Below, piece after piece: positions 41,339 to 50,779 of a stretch of 53,564 bases of DNA. The notes under the pieces were generated by a model that worked only from the letters and a program-made list of their open reading frames with translations, made no database searches and had not been told where the DNA came from. Origin of the DNA: Candidatus Bathyarchaeia archaeon (GTDB taxonomy: Archaea > Thermoproteota > Bathyarchaeia > Bathyarchaeales > Bathycorpusculaceae); the NCBI GenBank assembly GCA_038883855.1, contig JAVZLH010000006.1:1-53564 (forward strand). Reading direction: 5' to 3'. Made by a program: the position numbers and the translations under genes. Every line of letters begins with the position of its first letter. Position 1 is the first letter of the stretch.

Positions 41339-42535
41339 CTAATCCCTCCCAAAAATATGGACGTAACCTTTTGTTCCAAAACCTTCAAGCTCCAGCACAC
41401 ACCCGTATTTCAGCTCACCGTCGCCTTTAACTTGCCGTTCTCCAGCTTCACCTCGAAGCTGTTTGAAAACCTCGAATGTTTGGGCGCCGCCAGTTGCACC
41501 TAGAGGATTCCCGTCGGCTTTTAATCCTCCATTCATGTTTACAAACAGTTTTTTTCCATCTATCTCGTAATAGCCTTTATAGTCCTCACAGCTTTCATAC
41601 ACGCTTAACCATGCTTTTCCACGCTGGCAGAAACCCAAATCCTCGAGAGATATCATCTCCATGACTGATGATTGATCATAAAGCTCAACAATCTGTATAT
41701 CCCACAGATTTATTCCAGCCGTTTTTAGGGCGTTTTTCATCGCCATTTTGCTTACGAGAAAATGCGTCAGGTTTTCCCTAGCTGGAAATGTTAAATAGTC
41801 TGTTGCTGAAGCGCTGCCAAGGATGTATACTGGCTTGTCTGTGAATTTTTCTGCATAGTCTTCGCTTGTGAGAATTACGACAGCTGCCCCGTCAGAAATT
41901 GGCGCATAATCATAAAGCCCGAGAGTTCTCCTAGCTTCTTTTCTTGCGTTTATAACTTGTTCCACAGTTATCTTTCGCCGATATTGGGCGTACTCGTTTT
42001 TTGTTGCGTTTAAATGGTTTTTGACGGGAATCTGGGCTAGAGCGATATAAAGTTTTTCAAGGTCTTCGCCGTTTATGCCGTACCGTTTTATGTAAGCCCT
42101 TAGCATAAGTTCATGATTTGCTTCTGGAGTGCACCCGGCATAATAGCTCCATGGATCTTCTAAAAGCATAAGGTCGTCGCGGATTTTATCCCAACGATCC
42201 GTCATTTTTTCTATTCCACCGACCAAAACAACATTGTATTTCCCAGCTAGGATGGCGTTGCAAGCGTTTAGAAGAGCTGAGCTGAAGGAGCGGGTTGCTT
42301 CCATTGGGACATGAAGTTCTGTGAGTTCTGAAAGGAAGCCTTCCTCTAACCCGAGCTTGTTTGTTATTGGGAGAAAATAGTCGGATAGGTAGCAGGCTTC
42401 AAGGTCTTTACGTTCTACATTCGCTTCTGCGGAAGCCTTAATCCAAGCCTCTTCGATAAGCTTTTCCGGTTCCTTCTCATAGTGTTCTCCGAACGCGGTT
42501 CTTCCAGCCGCAACTATTGTTGGGCGACCTTTCAT
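41339..42535 (-). CDS. Thiolase-fold protein (archaeal acetoacetyl-CoA thiolase-like), apparently catalytically inactive
   Basis: GRTAFGE, GGIEKM, KNHLNA..N.YAQ, APISDGAA, N.NGGLKA.G.PLGATG. Catalytic Cys/His positions are substituted. Confidence 0.85.
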   Translation of the reverse strand: MKGRPTIVAAGRTAFGEHYEKEPEKLIEEAWIKASAEANVERKDLEACYLSDYFLPITNKLGLEEGFLSELTELHVPMEATRSFSSALLNACNAILAGKYNVVLVGGIEKMTDRWDKIRDDLMLLEDPWSYYAGCTPEANHELMLRAYIKRYGINGEDLEKLYIALAQIPVKNHLNATKNEYAQYRRKITVEQVINARKEARRTLGLYDYAPISDGAAVVILTSEDYAEKFTDKPVYILGSASATDYLTFPARENLTHFLVSKMAMKNALKTAGINLWDIQIVELYDQSSVMEMISLEDLGFCQRGKAWLSVYESCEDYKGYYEIDGKKLFVNMNGGLKADGNPLGATGGAQTFEVFKQLRGEAGERQVKGDGELKYGCVLELEGFGTKGYVHIFGRD

Positions 42536-42664
42536 CAAACTGCACCGTTTGTTATCAATTAGCAAATATCCCTTTCATCATGACTTTTAAGTGTTTGCTA
42601 TCTCCGAGTTTTCAAAAATTCATAAAAATGCAAATAAACATAAGAGGCAGCAATGGGTGGAATC

Positions 42665-42988
42665 ATGAGCGAAAAAGAGGAAAAATATCGTTTAATCATA
42701 ACTGTTAACGAGATACGTGGAAATTGCCCAGTCTTTAATATTGGAGACAAAATAGTTATAGAATCGCCAAAAATAGTTATAAAAGAAACGGACAATTTTT
42801 GCGTACACGCTTTTGGATGTATGCTTTCCATGATTGTTCCCCTAAGCCACGGCATAAGCTTCAAACAACTTGGCTTAGCAAAAGAGGAAGATGAAAAAGG
42901 CTATGTTCAATGTTTAGACCCGGGAAAACCCTACACAAACGGCGGAACTGTCCTGTTTGAGATAAAACGCGAAAGAATCATTTCATAA
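42665..42988 (+). CDS. TIGR04076-like small Cys-containing protein
   Basis: GNCPVF..GD, FCVHA, VQCLDPG...GGTV.F pattern. Confidence 0.75.
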   Translation: MSEKEEKYRLIITVNEIRGNCPVFNIGDKIVIESPKIVIKETDNFCVHAFGCMLSMIVPLSHGISFKQLGLAKEEDEKGYVQCLDPGKPYTNGGTVLFEIKRERIIS

Positions 42989-43036
42989 AGTTTTTATTTT
43001 GCTTCACTGCAATACGGCAAGTATTAGTGATCAGAA

Positions 43037-43501
43037 ATGTTTGAAGCATACTTGTTTCAGACATTGTTTACGCTGTTACAGAAGGCTAACGGAAGAGGGT
43101 TATGGGAGCATATCCCAGCAGCGCTTCACCTAGTCTTCTTTTTAGCCTGGTTTTTCATTGAACTTTTTGTCATGGCTGGAGTTTTCTACATCGCTGGACT
43201 GATTGTGGTAGGAGGAAAGCGCGCTCGATTCTCAGATGCCTTCATAATTTCCCTTATAGGAACAGTTTTGTCAACGCTGTTTTACCTTTTCATCCCCTAT
43301 AGACTGATCGCCTTGTTTCTCAGTCTATGCACTTGGCTTCTTCTAATAAAGCGTCTCTACGAAACTGGTTGGCTGGGCGCTATTGCCGTTGGTATACTGG
43401 CAGTAATAGTTTACTTTGTAGTGCTGGTTATTCTAGCGTTCATTATCCTAGGAATTCTCATATTTGAAAATCTTCTTTCTCTAATGGTTCTAGCGTTCTA
43501 G
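43037..43501 (+). CDS. Hypothetical membrane protein
   Basis: Four hydrophobic helices; YETGWLGAIAV. Confidence 0.7.
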   Translation: MFEAYLFQTLFTLLQKANGRGLWEHIPAALHLVFFLAWFFIELFVMAGVFYIAGLIVVGGKRARFSDAFIISLIGTVLSTLFYLFIPYRLIALFLSLCTWLLLIKRLYETGWLGAIAVGILAVIVYFVVLVILAFIILGILIFENLLSLMVLAF

Positions 43502-43507
43502 GGGTCA

Positions 43508-44040
43508 TTGCGATTGCTTGGTGAGAGAAAACATACAGTTTTGCTAGGCTTAGCCTTTCTATTCTTTCTAATTGTTTCCACGGTTGAAAACAACCTCTTC
43601 TTCAACATCGCAGACAACATTTTTCAAAATCCACTTTTGGCGGTTGCGATGTTCTTCATACACAACGTGCTTGTAGTCTCTCTAATCTTGTTGGGGATGA
43701 CCTTCTGCATCAATCTAGTGCTCACAAACTTCTTCAAAAGAGAAAAATACGGAAACATTGTTCTTGAACACCCGCGAATCTTTGCCTTAGTCTTCGCCAT
43801 AATCATTATTTTCCTGAGTGTTCTGCGTGGAGGAAGCCTCTTGGGAGGGATAAAAATCGAAACCTTCCTTTGATATTGCTCATGATTACGCCAGTTAGCA
43901 TTGTTGAGGGCTACGAAATTTACTTTACAATAAAAAAGATGTTGAGCCGAGAAATCTCATTAAAGGACCTCATATACATTTACGGTATTTCCCTAATTGC
44001 GGCTATAATGAAAGCGGGTTTCATAAACCTCTTGGCATAG
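43508..44040 (+). CDS. Membrane protein, SpoIIM/DUF95-like, frameshift at ~43863
   Basis: FFIHNVLV motif. The alternate frame continues LPLILLMITPVSIVEGY...LIAAIM.AGFINLLA*. Confidence 0.6.
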
Positions 44041-44111
44041 ATTTCAACGAGTTGAATCCTAAAAACGTTTATTCCACAAACCTTCAATAAATTATTCAAG
44101 TTTGAGGTCGA

Positions 44112-45308
44112 TTGCAAATGAGACTGTTCCACTGCGCGTCAGATGAGGAGATAAAGAGTGGCGAAACAACAGACATCTACTTTGTAAGAACAAAACAAGT
44201 TATAGAAGCCAAAGGTTTGAGCCGAACACTTGCAATAGCAGACGTTACCTCCGGTAAGCTACCAAACGAGTGGCCTTGGGGGATTTTATGCGGAATTGAA
44301 GAGGTGGCTCACCTTTTTGAAGGTGTGGCTGTTGACGTTTATGCTATGCCCGAGGGAAGCGTGTTTTATCATGAAGACTGCCGAGGAATAAGAGAGCCGG
44401 TTATGCGCATAGAAGGCGCCTACGGCGAATACTGCATTTACGAAACGCCAACGCTGGGTTTACTATGTCAAGCTTCTGGCATAGCCACACGTTCAGCAAG
44501 ACTGCGGAAGATTGCTGGAGATAAAACTTTAATTTCATTTGGAGTTCGCCGAATGCATCCTGCACTGTCGCCGATGATTGACCGCGCAAGCTACATAGGA
44601 GGTTTCGACGGAGTTTCAAGCCTAAGTGGAGCGAAGCTTTTAGGTGTCCAGCCCACTGGAACAATGCCCCATGCCCTCATAATAGTTTTCGGAGATCAAG
44701 TTAAGGCTTGGAAAGCCTTCGACGAAGTTATCTCGCCAGAAGTTCCAAGGATCGCTTTGGTTGACACTTATTTTGACGAGAAAATGGAGGCTTTGATGGC
44801 TGCTGAAGCCCTAAAAGAACGCTTGTACGCTGTTCGCCTCGACACCCCAGCTTCAAGGAAAGGAAATTTTGCCGAAATCATTCGGGAGGTGAGATGGGAA
44901 CTTGACATAAGAGGCTTTAACCACGTGAAAATCTTTGTTTCCGGAGGCGTAAACGAAGAGAACATTAAGGAGCTAAGCGACGCTGGAGCGGACGGTTTTG
45001 GGGTTGGCACTTCCGTCAGCAACGCACCTACAATAGACTTCGCCATGGACATAGTGGAAATCGACGGCAAGCTATGCGCAAAAAGGGGGAAAATGGGAGG
45101 CAGGAAACAAGTTTGGAGATGCCCAAAATGCCTAACGGACTTGGTTTTACCATTCAACAGCCCTCAGCCAAAATGCCCCAAATGCAATAGCAAAACGGAG
45201 TCTATGCTCAAACCCTTAATAAAAGATGGGAAAATCGTGGCAAAACTGCCCGAGCCAAACCAGATTCGGCAATATGTGCTGGAACAACTAAACAAAATTA
45301 AACTTTAA
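44112..45308 (+). CDS. pncB: Nicotinate phosphoribosyltransferase
   Basis: TDIYF, SFGVRRMHP, GTMPHA, LVDTY, VRLDTP, SGG, GVGT, KRGK. Confidence 0.93.
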   Translation: MQMRLFHCASDEEIKSGETTDIYFVRTKQVIEAKGLSRTLAIADVTSGKLPNEWPWGILCGIEEVAHLFEGVAVDVYAMPEGSVFYHEDCRGIREPVMRIEGAYGEYCIYETPTLGLLCQASGIATRSARLRKIAGDKTLISFGVRRMHPALSPMIDRASYIGGFDGVSSLSGAKLLGVQPTGTMPHALIIVFGDQVKAWKAFDEVISPEVPRIALVDTYFDEKMEALMAAEALKERLYAVRLDTPASRKGNFAEIIREVRWELDIRGFNHVKIFVSGGVNEENIKELSDAGADGFGVGTSVSNAPTIDFAMDIVEIDGKLCAKRGKMGGRKQVWRCPKCLTDLVLPFNSPQPKCPKCNSKTESMLKPLIKDGKIVAKLPEPNQIRQYVLEQLNKIKL

Positions 45309-45381
45309 CATTTTCATGAAAGAACCGGTGCTGATTTGAAACTTTTATATATTGCTGTGACAATTGTTAAGTTTGAGCATC

Positions 45382-45690
45382 ATGGCTGAAGTTTGCCCAA
45401 TCTGCGGGCTTCCAAAAGACCTTTGCGTTTGCGGCGAGATAGAGAAAGAGCAACAAACCATCCGCATAAGGCTTGAAACACGCAAGTTCGGAAGACCAAT
45501 GACGATAATTGAAGGCTTAAACGACAAAAACACAAACTTATCAAGCATAGCTCAGAAACTAAAAAGTTTCTGTGCATGCGGAGGTACATCAAAAAACGGT
45601 CAAATACTTCTTCAAGGAGACCATCGTGAAAAAGTTCGCCAATACTTGGTGAAAATAGGATATCCGAAAGAAAACATAGAAGTTCAATAA
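45382..45690 (+). CDS. Translation initiation factor aIF-1 (SUI1)
   Basis: CPICGLPKDLCVC, KLKSFCACGGT, LQGDHR. Confidence 0.94.
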   Translation: MAEVCPICGLPKDLCVCGEIEKEQQTIRIRLETRKFGRPMTIIEGLNDKNTNLSSIAQKLKSFCACGGTSKNGQILLQGDHREKVRQYLVKIGYPKENIEVQ

Positions 45691-45724
45691 ACGATAAAAT
45701 TGCCGCATGGAAGCGCGAGCCCAA

Positions 45725-45922
45725 ATGCGATTCCTAGAAGACTTAGGGGAAGTATTCAAGGCTTTAAAACGTAGAAAACCTTCAAAAATTTACTGTCCAA
45801 GATGTGGAAGCCCGAGAATTCACTTGTCAAGCAGTTTAGATTATTGGCTGACGCCTAAGAAATATGTTTGCGACGAATGCGGATACAAAGGACAAATAGT
45901 GATGGAACTTGAAAAAGAATAG
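45725..45922 (+). CDS. Small zinc-ribbon protein
   Basis: YCPRCGS...YVCDECGYKG. Confidence 0.75.
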   Translation: MRFLEDLGEVFKALKRRKPSKIYCPRCGSPRIHLSSSLDYWLTPKKYVCDECGYKGQIVMELEKE

Positions 45923-45973
45923 CGATACTTTTAGCGTTAAACCACTGCCGCTATGCTTCAGTATGGGGTGCGT

Positions 45974-46912
45974 TTAGTCTGGAAGCTCCAAGTTCAACTG
46001 CTTTTTCAGTGTTTTGTAGCGGTTTCTCACCGTTACTTCTGTGACGCCGGCCGCCTCTGCAATATCCTTCTGAGTCTTCTTCTCGCCATTTTGCAAGCAA
46101 GCAATGTAGAGAGCCGCAGCAGCTAAGCCCATAGGGTCTTTGCCTGCAGCCGCACGTTTGTTTCTCGCCTCTCTAAGAATTTGGATTGCAATCCCCTGTG
46201 TTCTGCCTGAAATTCCAATTCTTTCAGCTATTTTTGAAACATATGTAAGCGGGTCTGCAATGGGCATTTGAACGTCAAGTTCCCTGAGCAGAAGCCTATA
46301 GCATCTGGCGACATCCTTCTTATCCACAAGGCTTGCCTCAGCAATTTCCCTTAGGGTTCTTGGCGTCCCACTTCCGCGGCAAGCAGCATAAAGTGCAGCA
46401 GCCGCTATCGCTGCAATAGATCTTCCTCTAACCAATCCTTTATCCAGAGCCTTGCGGTAGATAACCGCCGCCTTCTCCTTTATTGGCGGTGGAATGTAAA
46501 CCTTATCGGAGAGGCGGTCAAGCTCCGCCATTGCTTGGGCCAAGTTTCGGTCTATTGAAGAGTGCACTCTGGACCGTATTTGCCATTTTCTTAGGCGCCA
46601 CATCTGCAGTCTTGTTGAAAGGGGAAGTTTCCTTCCGAAGGCGTCACGGTCAACTTGGCTTATAGCTGTTGACAAACCTTTATCGTGAACGGAATATGAG
46701 GTTGGCACTCCGACACGACTTCTTGAAGCTTTTTCCTCTTGCGTGAAAGCGCGCCACTCAGGCCCCTTATCCATCATTTGCTCATATAAGACTAGTCCAC
46801 AATCTCCGCAGACAGTTTCGCCAGTGTCGTAATCATGTATAAGGTTTAGGCTACCGCATTCCGGGCATTTGTCAACTAAACGTTGACGCGCACCGCTATC
46901 TTTTTTACTCAA
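45974..46912 (-). CDS. tfb: Transcription initiation factor IIB
   Basis: CPECG zinc ribbon, GPEWRAF, HDKGLST, two cyclin repeats, GVTEVTVRNRY. Confidence 0.98.
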   Translation of the reverse strand: MSKKDSGARQRLVDKCPECGSLNLIHDYDTGETVCGDCGLVLYEQMMDKGPEWRAFTQEEKASRSRVGVPTSYSVHDKGLSTAISQVDRDAFGRKLPLSTRLQMWRLRKWQIRSRVHSSIDRNLAQAMAELDRLSDKVYIPPPIKEKAAVIYRKALDKGLVRGRSIAAIAAAALYAACRGSGTPRTLREIAEASLVDKKDVARCYRLLLRELDVQMPIADPLTYVSKIAERIGISGRTQGIAIQILREARNKRAAAGKDPMGLAAAALYIACLQNGEKKTQKDIAEAAGVTEVTVRNRYKTLKKQLNLELPD

Positions 46913-47020
46913 CTACTCTCACTCCAGCTTGTTCTGCGTAGAACCGTCACTTTTCATCTTCCGCTGGATGGAGCAGAAAACAGTCCATCCGGCCCCGCGC
47001 GCCTATAGGGTGAAATGATT

Positions 47021-47038
47021 TAATATATAAGTTTTACG
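47021..47038 (-). promoter_or_regulatory. BRE-TATA promoter of tfb
   Basis: Minus strand GTAAAAC-TTATATA, implying a leader of about 90 nt. Confidence 0.55.
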
Positions 47039-47113
47039 GTTTAAACACGTGGATTTTATTCGCAACTTTTGAATACTTACACTAGCTATTGATTCTGGAG
47101 GGAAAGACCTCAG

Positions 47114-48229
47114 ATGTTAACACTTCCCGAAAAAATTCGAAGAATACTTGAGAAAGTTGTTAATGAGATGATAGCGGAAGAAAATGTTTATGGCGTTGGC
47201 CTATTTGGAAGCTGGAGTCGAGGAGACGCTTCAGCCTCAAGTGACGTAGACTTGCTAATTCTCGACGGAGCAGAATTCGCCTATGAGTTTGTTGAGAGAA
47301 GAGAAACAGGTGGTTTATTCATAGACTTAGACCACATCCCGAAAAAGTGGCTTCACAGTTTGATTCCTCCTGAAGTTGACCAGAAATTGTATGAGATGCA
47401 AATTCTTTACGATAGAGACTGGTCTTTAGCGAATGCCAAACTTTTAATGGCAAAGTTTTACAGTTCGCCAGATAGAGTTGACATCAGAACAGAATCCCAC
47501 ATTGTTGACTCGGACATTTACCTAAGCCGCGCGACCTCAGCCCTCTCAAAAGGCGACTTCCAAAGCGCCTCAATTTTTGCCATAACAGCTTTAGAAAGCA
47601 TCTTGAAAGTTCTTGTTGAAATAGCCTTAGAGCCTTTCTCAAACAGCGGAGTGGTGGCGAAGTTTGGGAATTCAGCTGCAAAACTCGACGTAAAAGAAGT
47701 ATTTAAGGAATACATGCACATAACAGCTCTAAACACCGTTGACGGCGCAAAGGTCCAGGAAAAGCTAAAGCTTTACAAGGCAATCTGGGAGGAGATTTGC
47801 GCTGTTGTTAGGCAGAATTTCCAAGCGCTTGAAAACGCTCATTTTAGGGTTAAAACAAAATTGAGGTATTATCTTAATCTAGCCTTTCTACAAGGCTTCG
47901 TCGCCCGCGTAAAATCCTTAATAGATTCGGGAAGAGCGGCGGATGCATCCCGCTATCTAGACACTACGCTTATAGACCTTGTTGAAAACTACGCTTGGTT
48001 CAAAGCTTCCACAACAAAAACTAAAATAGACTGCACAACACTAATGCGCTCCTTTAAAAGCTTAGAAGGAAAGAACCCGAAAAATTATAACAATGTGATA
48101 AAGTTTCTAAACCTAAAGGATGTAGACGAAAAGGCGGCAAAAGAGAAAATAGAGAGAACCCGCCAAGTGATGCTTAAGATACGTGGTGAGAGGAAAGTTT
48201 TAATCAAAAATCACTTATTAAAGAGGTGA
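47114..48229 (+). CDS. Nucleotidyltransferase (MNT) domain protein with helical HEPN-like C-terminal region
   Basis: GLFGSWSRG...SDVDL Pol-beta motif; YLSRA..AL..GDFQSA..FA..ALE.ILK helix pattern. Confidence 0.75.
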   Translation: MLTLPEKIRRILEKVVNEMIAEENVYGVGLFGSWSRGDASASSDVDLLILDGAEFAYEFVERRETGGLFIDLDHIPKKWLHSLIPPEVDQKLYEMQILYDRDWSLANAKLLMAKFYSSPDRVDIRTESHIVDSDIYLSRATSALSKGDFQSASIFAITALESILKVLVEIALEPFSNSGVVAKFGNSAAKLDVKEVFKEYMHITALNTVDGAKVQEKLKLYKAIWEEICAVVRQNFQALENAHFRVKTKLRYYLNLAFLQGFVARVKSLIDSGRAADASRYLDTTLIDLVENYAWFKASTTKTKIDCTTLMRSFKSLEGKNPKNYNNVIKFLNLKDVDEKAAKEKIERTRQVMLKIRGERKVLIKNHLLKR

Positions 48230-48253
48230 AACACAAAATAATTTCGGATGTGA

Positions 48254-48329
48254 AGCCCGGTGGTGTAGTGGACAAGCATAGCGGGCTTTGGACCCGCTGA
48301 CGAGAGTTCGAATCTCTCCCGGGCTACCA
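48254..48329 (+). tRNA. tRNA-Gln(TTG), CCA encoded
   Basis: AGCCCGG...GCGGG-CTTTGGA-CCCGC...GAGAGTTCGAATCTCTC-CCGGGCT-ACCA cloverleaf. Confidence 0.96.
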
Positions 48330-48364
48330 AATAAAGTAAGCAAAATGTAAGAGTGTGATGAAAA

Positions 48365-48562
48365 TTGAGTGAATGCCCAAATTTAGGGACAAACTTGAAA
48401 GAGTGCCACTGCACATATCCGTGCAATTTGAAAGGTAGATGCTGCGAATGTTTAAGGAGGCATAGAGCGCGCAACGAGTTACCGGCATGCTATTTTCCAC
48501 CAGAAGTTGAGAAAACATATGATAGGTCCATCAGAAAGTTCGTTTCTATTCACACGCGATAA
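48365..48562 (+). CDS. Small Cys-rich protein (DUF6485-like)
   Basis: C.CTYPC..KG.CCEC..H....LPACYF...EKTYDRS. Confidence 0.8.
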   Translation: MSECPNLGTNLKECHCTYPCNLKGRCCECLRRHRARNELPACYFPPEVEKTYDRSIRKFVSIHTR

Positions 48563-48835
48563 CCGAGAGGCTTTAGCGATTAAATGTGTTTCAGCAGGCG
48601 CCTTTTCTTTGTTGTAACTGACTAAACCATCACTTTTTAGAAAAGCGAGCAGCAAATTGATTGTTGGAAATTCGGGTATAACGTTGGCACCTATTCCATA
48701 ACTTCATAATTTACACGGTTCTCGGCGACGATGTCATATTTTAGTTAACAAACATCGGCTTGAATTAAAAAATCTTAAGTCATATGCAACAAACTCTAGG
48801 TTCGGCTTAAATACTTATTGAGTGGGGTATTGCCA

Positions 48836-48935
48836 ATGAAAAACGTTTACTTAGTTGCTGTCAATGCTGGCACAACTGGATAATGCACAATGCTTTTCGA
48901 CAAAAATGGAGATATTGTTGTGCAGCAAGGTAGGA
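48836..48935 (+). pseudogene. N-terminal remnant of an FGGY-family carbohydrate kinase
   Basis: MKNVYLVAVNAGTTG*CTMLFDKNGDIV resembles the DxGTT...FDxxGxxV start. There is an in-frame TAA and similarity is lost afterwards. Confidence 0.6.
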
Positions 48936-49226
48936 TTAAAGCTAATAATGGAATAGTAACATTCATACATTATTCACAGACATACCCAGCTTCAGCTAAG
49001 AAAAAGGTTTTTACGCAGTTGCCGCATAATTCCATGGAAAATGGATTCGGAAACAAGCCTCATATTTTCCTTTCTTTTCTTCCGCTTGGCGAAGAAGTCG
49101 CTCAACGCTCAAGCCCTCAGGCATACACGCAAACCCAAAACAGTTAAGAATATACCAAGCACATTCTCATTAAAACAAACACAAAATAAATAAGGTTCAT
49201 CAGTAAAGTTTACATGGTGCTTAGCT

Positions 49227-49919
49227 ATGGCTCAAATAATAGTTCTAAAATGTCCAAATTGTGGGGCTCTATTAGATAAAGAACAAATGAAATGCCAGTA
49301 TTGCGGGGCTGATTTAGTTCTATCACCTGACGGTTCTTACTTTATATTTAGGGCAGAGGCAACGTGCCCAAAATGTGGAGCTATAAACGAAAAGTCCAGC
49401 TGGTTTTGTATGGGTTGCAATACTATACTAACGAAAGATACCGATATGCTAAAGGAACTCCAGAAAAAAATTAGATTGGAACAAGAGAGCATGATTTCAT
49501 GTATGCCTTCTTGGATGGGGGAAAAACTAGAACCTGATGAGTTCATTTATTTTGTTCTGTACGAGGAGATTGGTGGAAACAATTTCTACGCTATAACGGA
49601 CAAGCGCATAATCAAGAGTAGGCATGGAAAATATGAGGAGGCATTGTTAAGTGAAGTTGTCAGTATTGGTCCAGTACGGACCAAACAAGTAGTTAGAGCT
49701 TTTGTTCCACCAGTAATAGGTTTCTTTCATGTAGAAATAGGTTTCTTTAAGGTTAACACATCTCGAGGAACGACTATTTTCGAATTTGAAGGTTATGAGG
49801 TCCTTGCCTGTGGAATATTTCATGCTTGGACTACAATTGCTTTAGAAAACTACACCGCTCAAAAGAAAGATGTCAAAGCATTAATCCTTAAGTTGCCTTT
49901 AGGCGTTGAACAACAATAA
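49227..49919 (+). CDS. Double zinc-ribbon protein with C-terminal PH-like domain
   Basis: CPNCG/CQYCG and CPKCG/CMGC ribbons; LEPDE...YAITDKRII resembles a bacterial PH domain. Confidence 0.7.
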   Translation: MAQIIVLKCPNCGALLDKEQMKCQYCGADLVLSPDGSYFIFRAEATCPKCGAINEKSSWFCMGCNTILTKDTDMLKELQKKIRLEQESMISCMPSWMGEKLEPDEFIYFVLYEEIGGNNFYAITDKRIIKSRHGKYEEALLSEVVSIGPVRTKQVVRAFVPPVIGFFHVEIGFFKVNTSRGTTIFEFEGYEVLACGIFHAWTTIALENYTAQKKDVKALILKLPLGVEQQ

Positions 49920-50292
49920 ATAATAAAATTGGCATTTTTCTGTCCTTTTCCCGGTTTTTGAATTTTATTTTATGAATAAACAAACTACCGAACTTATCCA
50001 TAAAGCCCCTAATCAGAAACGCTATTTGTGATTTTAACCTATTTTTCTAAAATAAGCTATTTTCTAAGAGATTTATCCCGTCAAACACCAGCGAGATAAT
50101 ACTACTTCGCTCAAATACTATTTCAATTCAACTAACCAAATAGTAGGTAATTTGAATATTTGACACGATACAAAAATGTAGGTTGAAGCGGATTTTTAAG
50201 CGAAATCATTAATTTTTAATACTTCTGATCTTGCACGATTCTTTATTGTCAAAGATTTCGGAGTTCTTGGAAATTCTGTGGGTGAAAACACT

Positions 50293-50355
50293 AGAGTCGG
50301 GAGGTAGTTGAAACTGCTACCGCATGGAGAACACCCCACAGATCCCTCTTTTTCT
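50293..50355 (-). repeat. Degenerate copy of the 51993-52057 element
   Basis: Shares agttgaa, gcatggaga and ccctctttttct in the same order, 1.7 kb apart. Confidence 0.7.
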
Positions 50356-50585
50356 GTTAACAGCAACTAATTGGAAAGGAGCTTTAGTATGCATATTTAG
50401 GCTTGTTCCTCTGATGAATACGTCTTAACTGTGCTAATACTGTTCGATGTCTCTTTTGAATTGTCTCTGTAGAATTCTTGACTTTTGATATACTTTTACG
50501 GTAAAGTTTTTAGGTTGGCGTATGTCCGCAGTCTTTTGGGCTAAAAGCTTTCAGCCCTTTCAAGTTTAAGAGGAGGCGATCTGCT

Positions 50586-50657
50586 TTGCCTAAGAAGGGA
50601 AAGAAGAAAGGCGAGGAGAAGAAGACTGAAGAAAGTAAGCAAGCAACAAGTACATGA
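50586..50657 (+). CDS. Putative 23-aa Lys/Glu-rich micro-protein MPKKGKKKGEEKKTEESKQATST
   Basis: AGGAGG at 50571-50576, 9 nt before TTG. T-rich terminator-like tract at ~50682-50712. Confidence 0.5.
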   Translation: MPKKGKKKGEEKKTEESKQATST

Positions 50658-50779
50658 CACCCGGCTTAAAAGCCCCTCACATCTTCTTTCCCTTACTTTT
50701 TCTTTTGTCTTTGAAAGATTTCAGTTAAAAGAAAACGTGCTCCATAGCCTGCCAGTATGTTGAACACGCCTCTTTTCCC

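Noticed and set aside
48211-48518. Minus-strand ORFs of 87 and 64 aa
   Set aside because: Antisense to tRNA-Gln and the Cys-rich gene.
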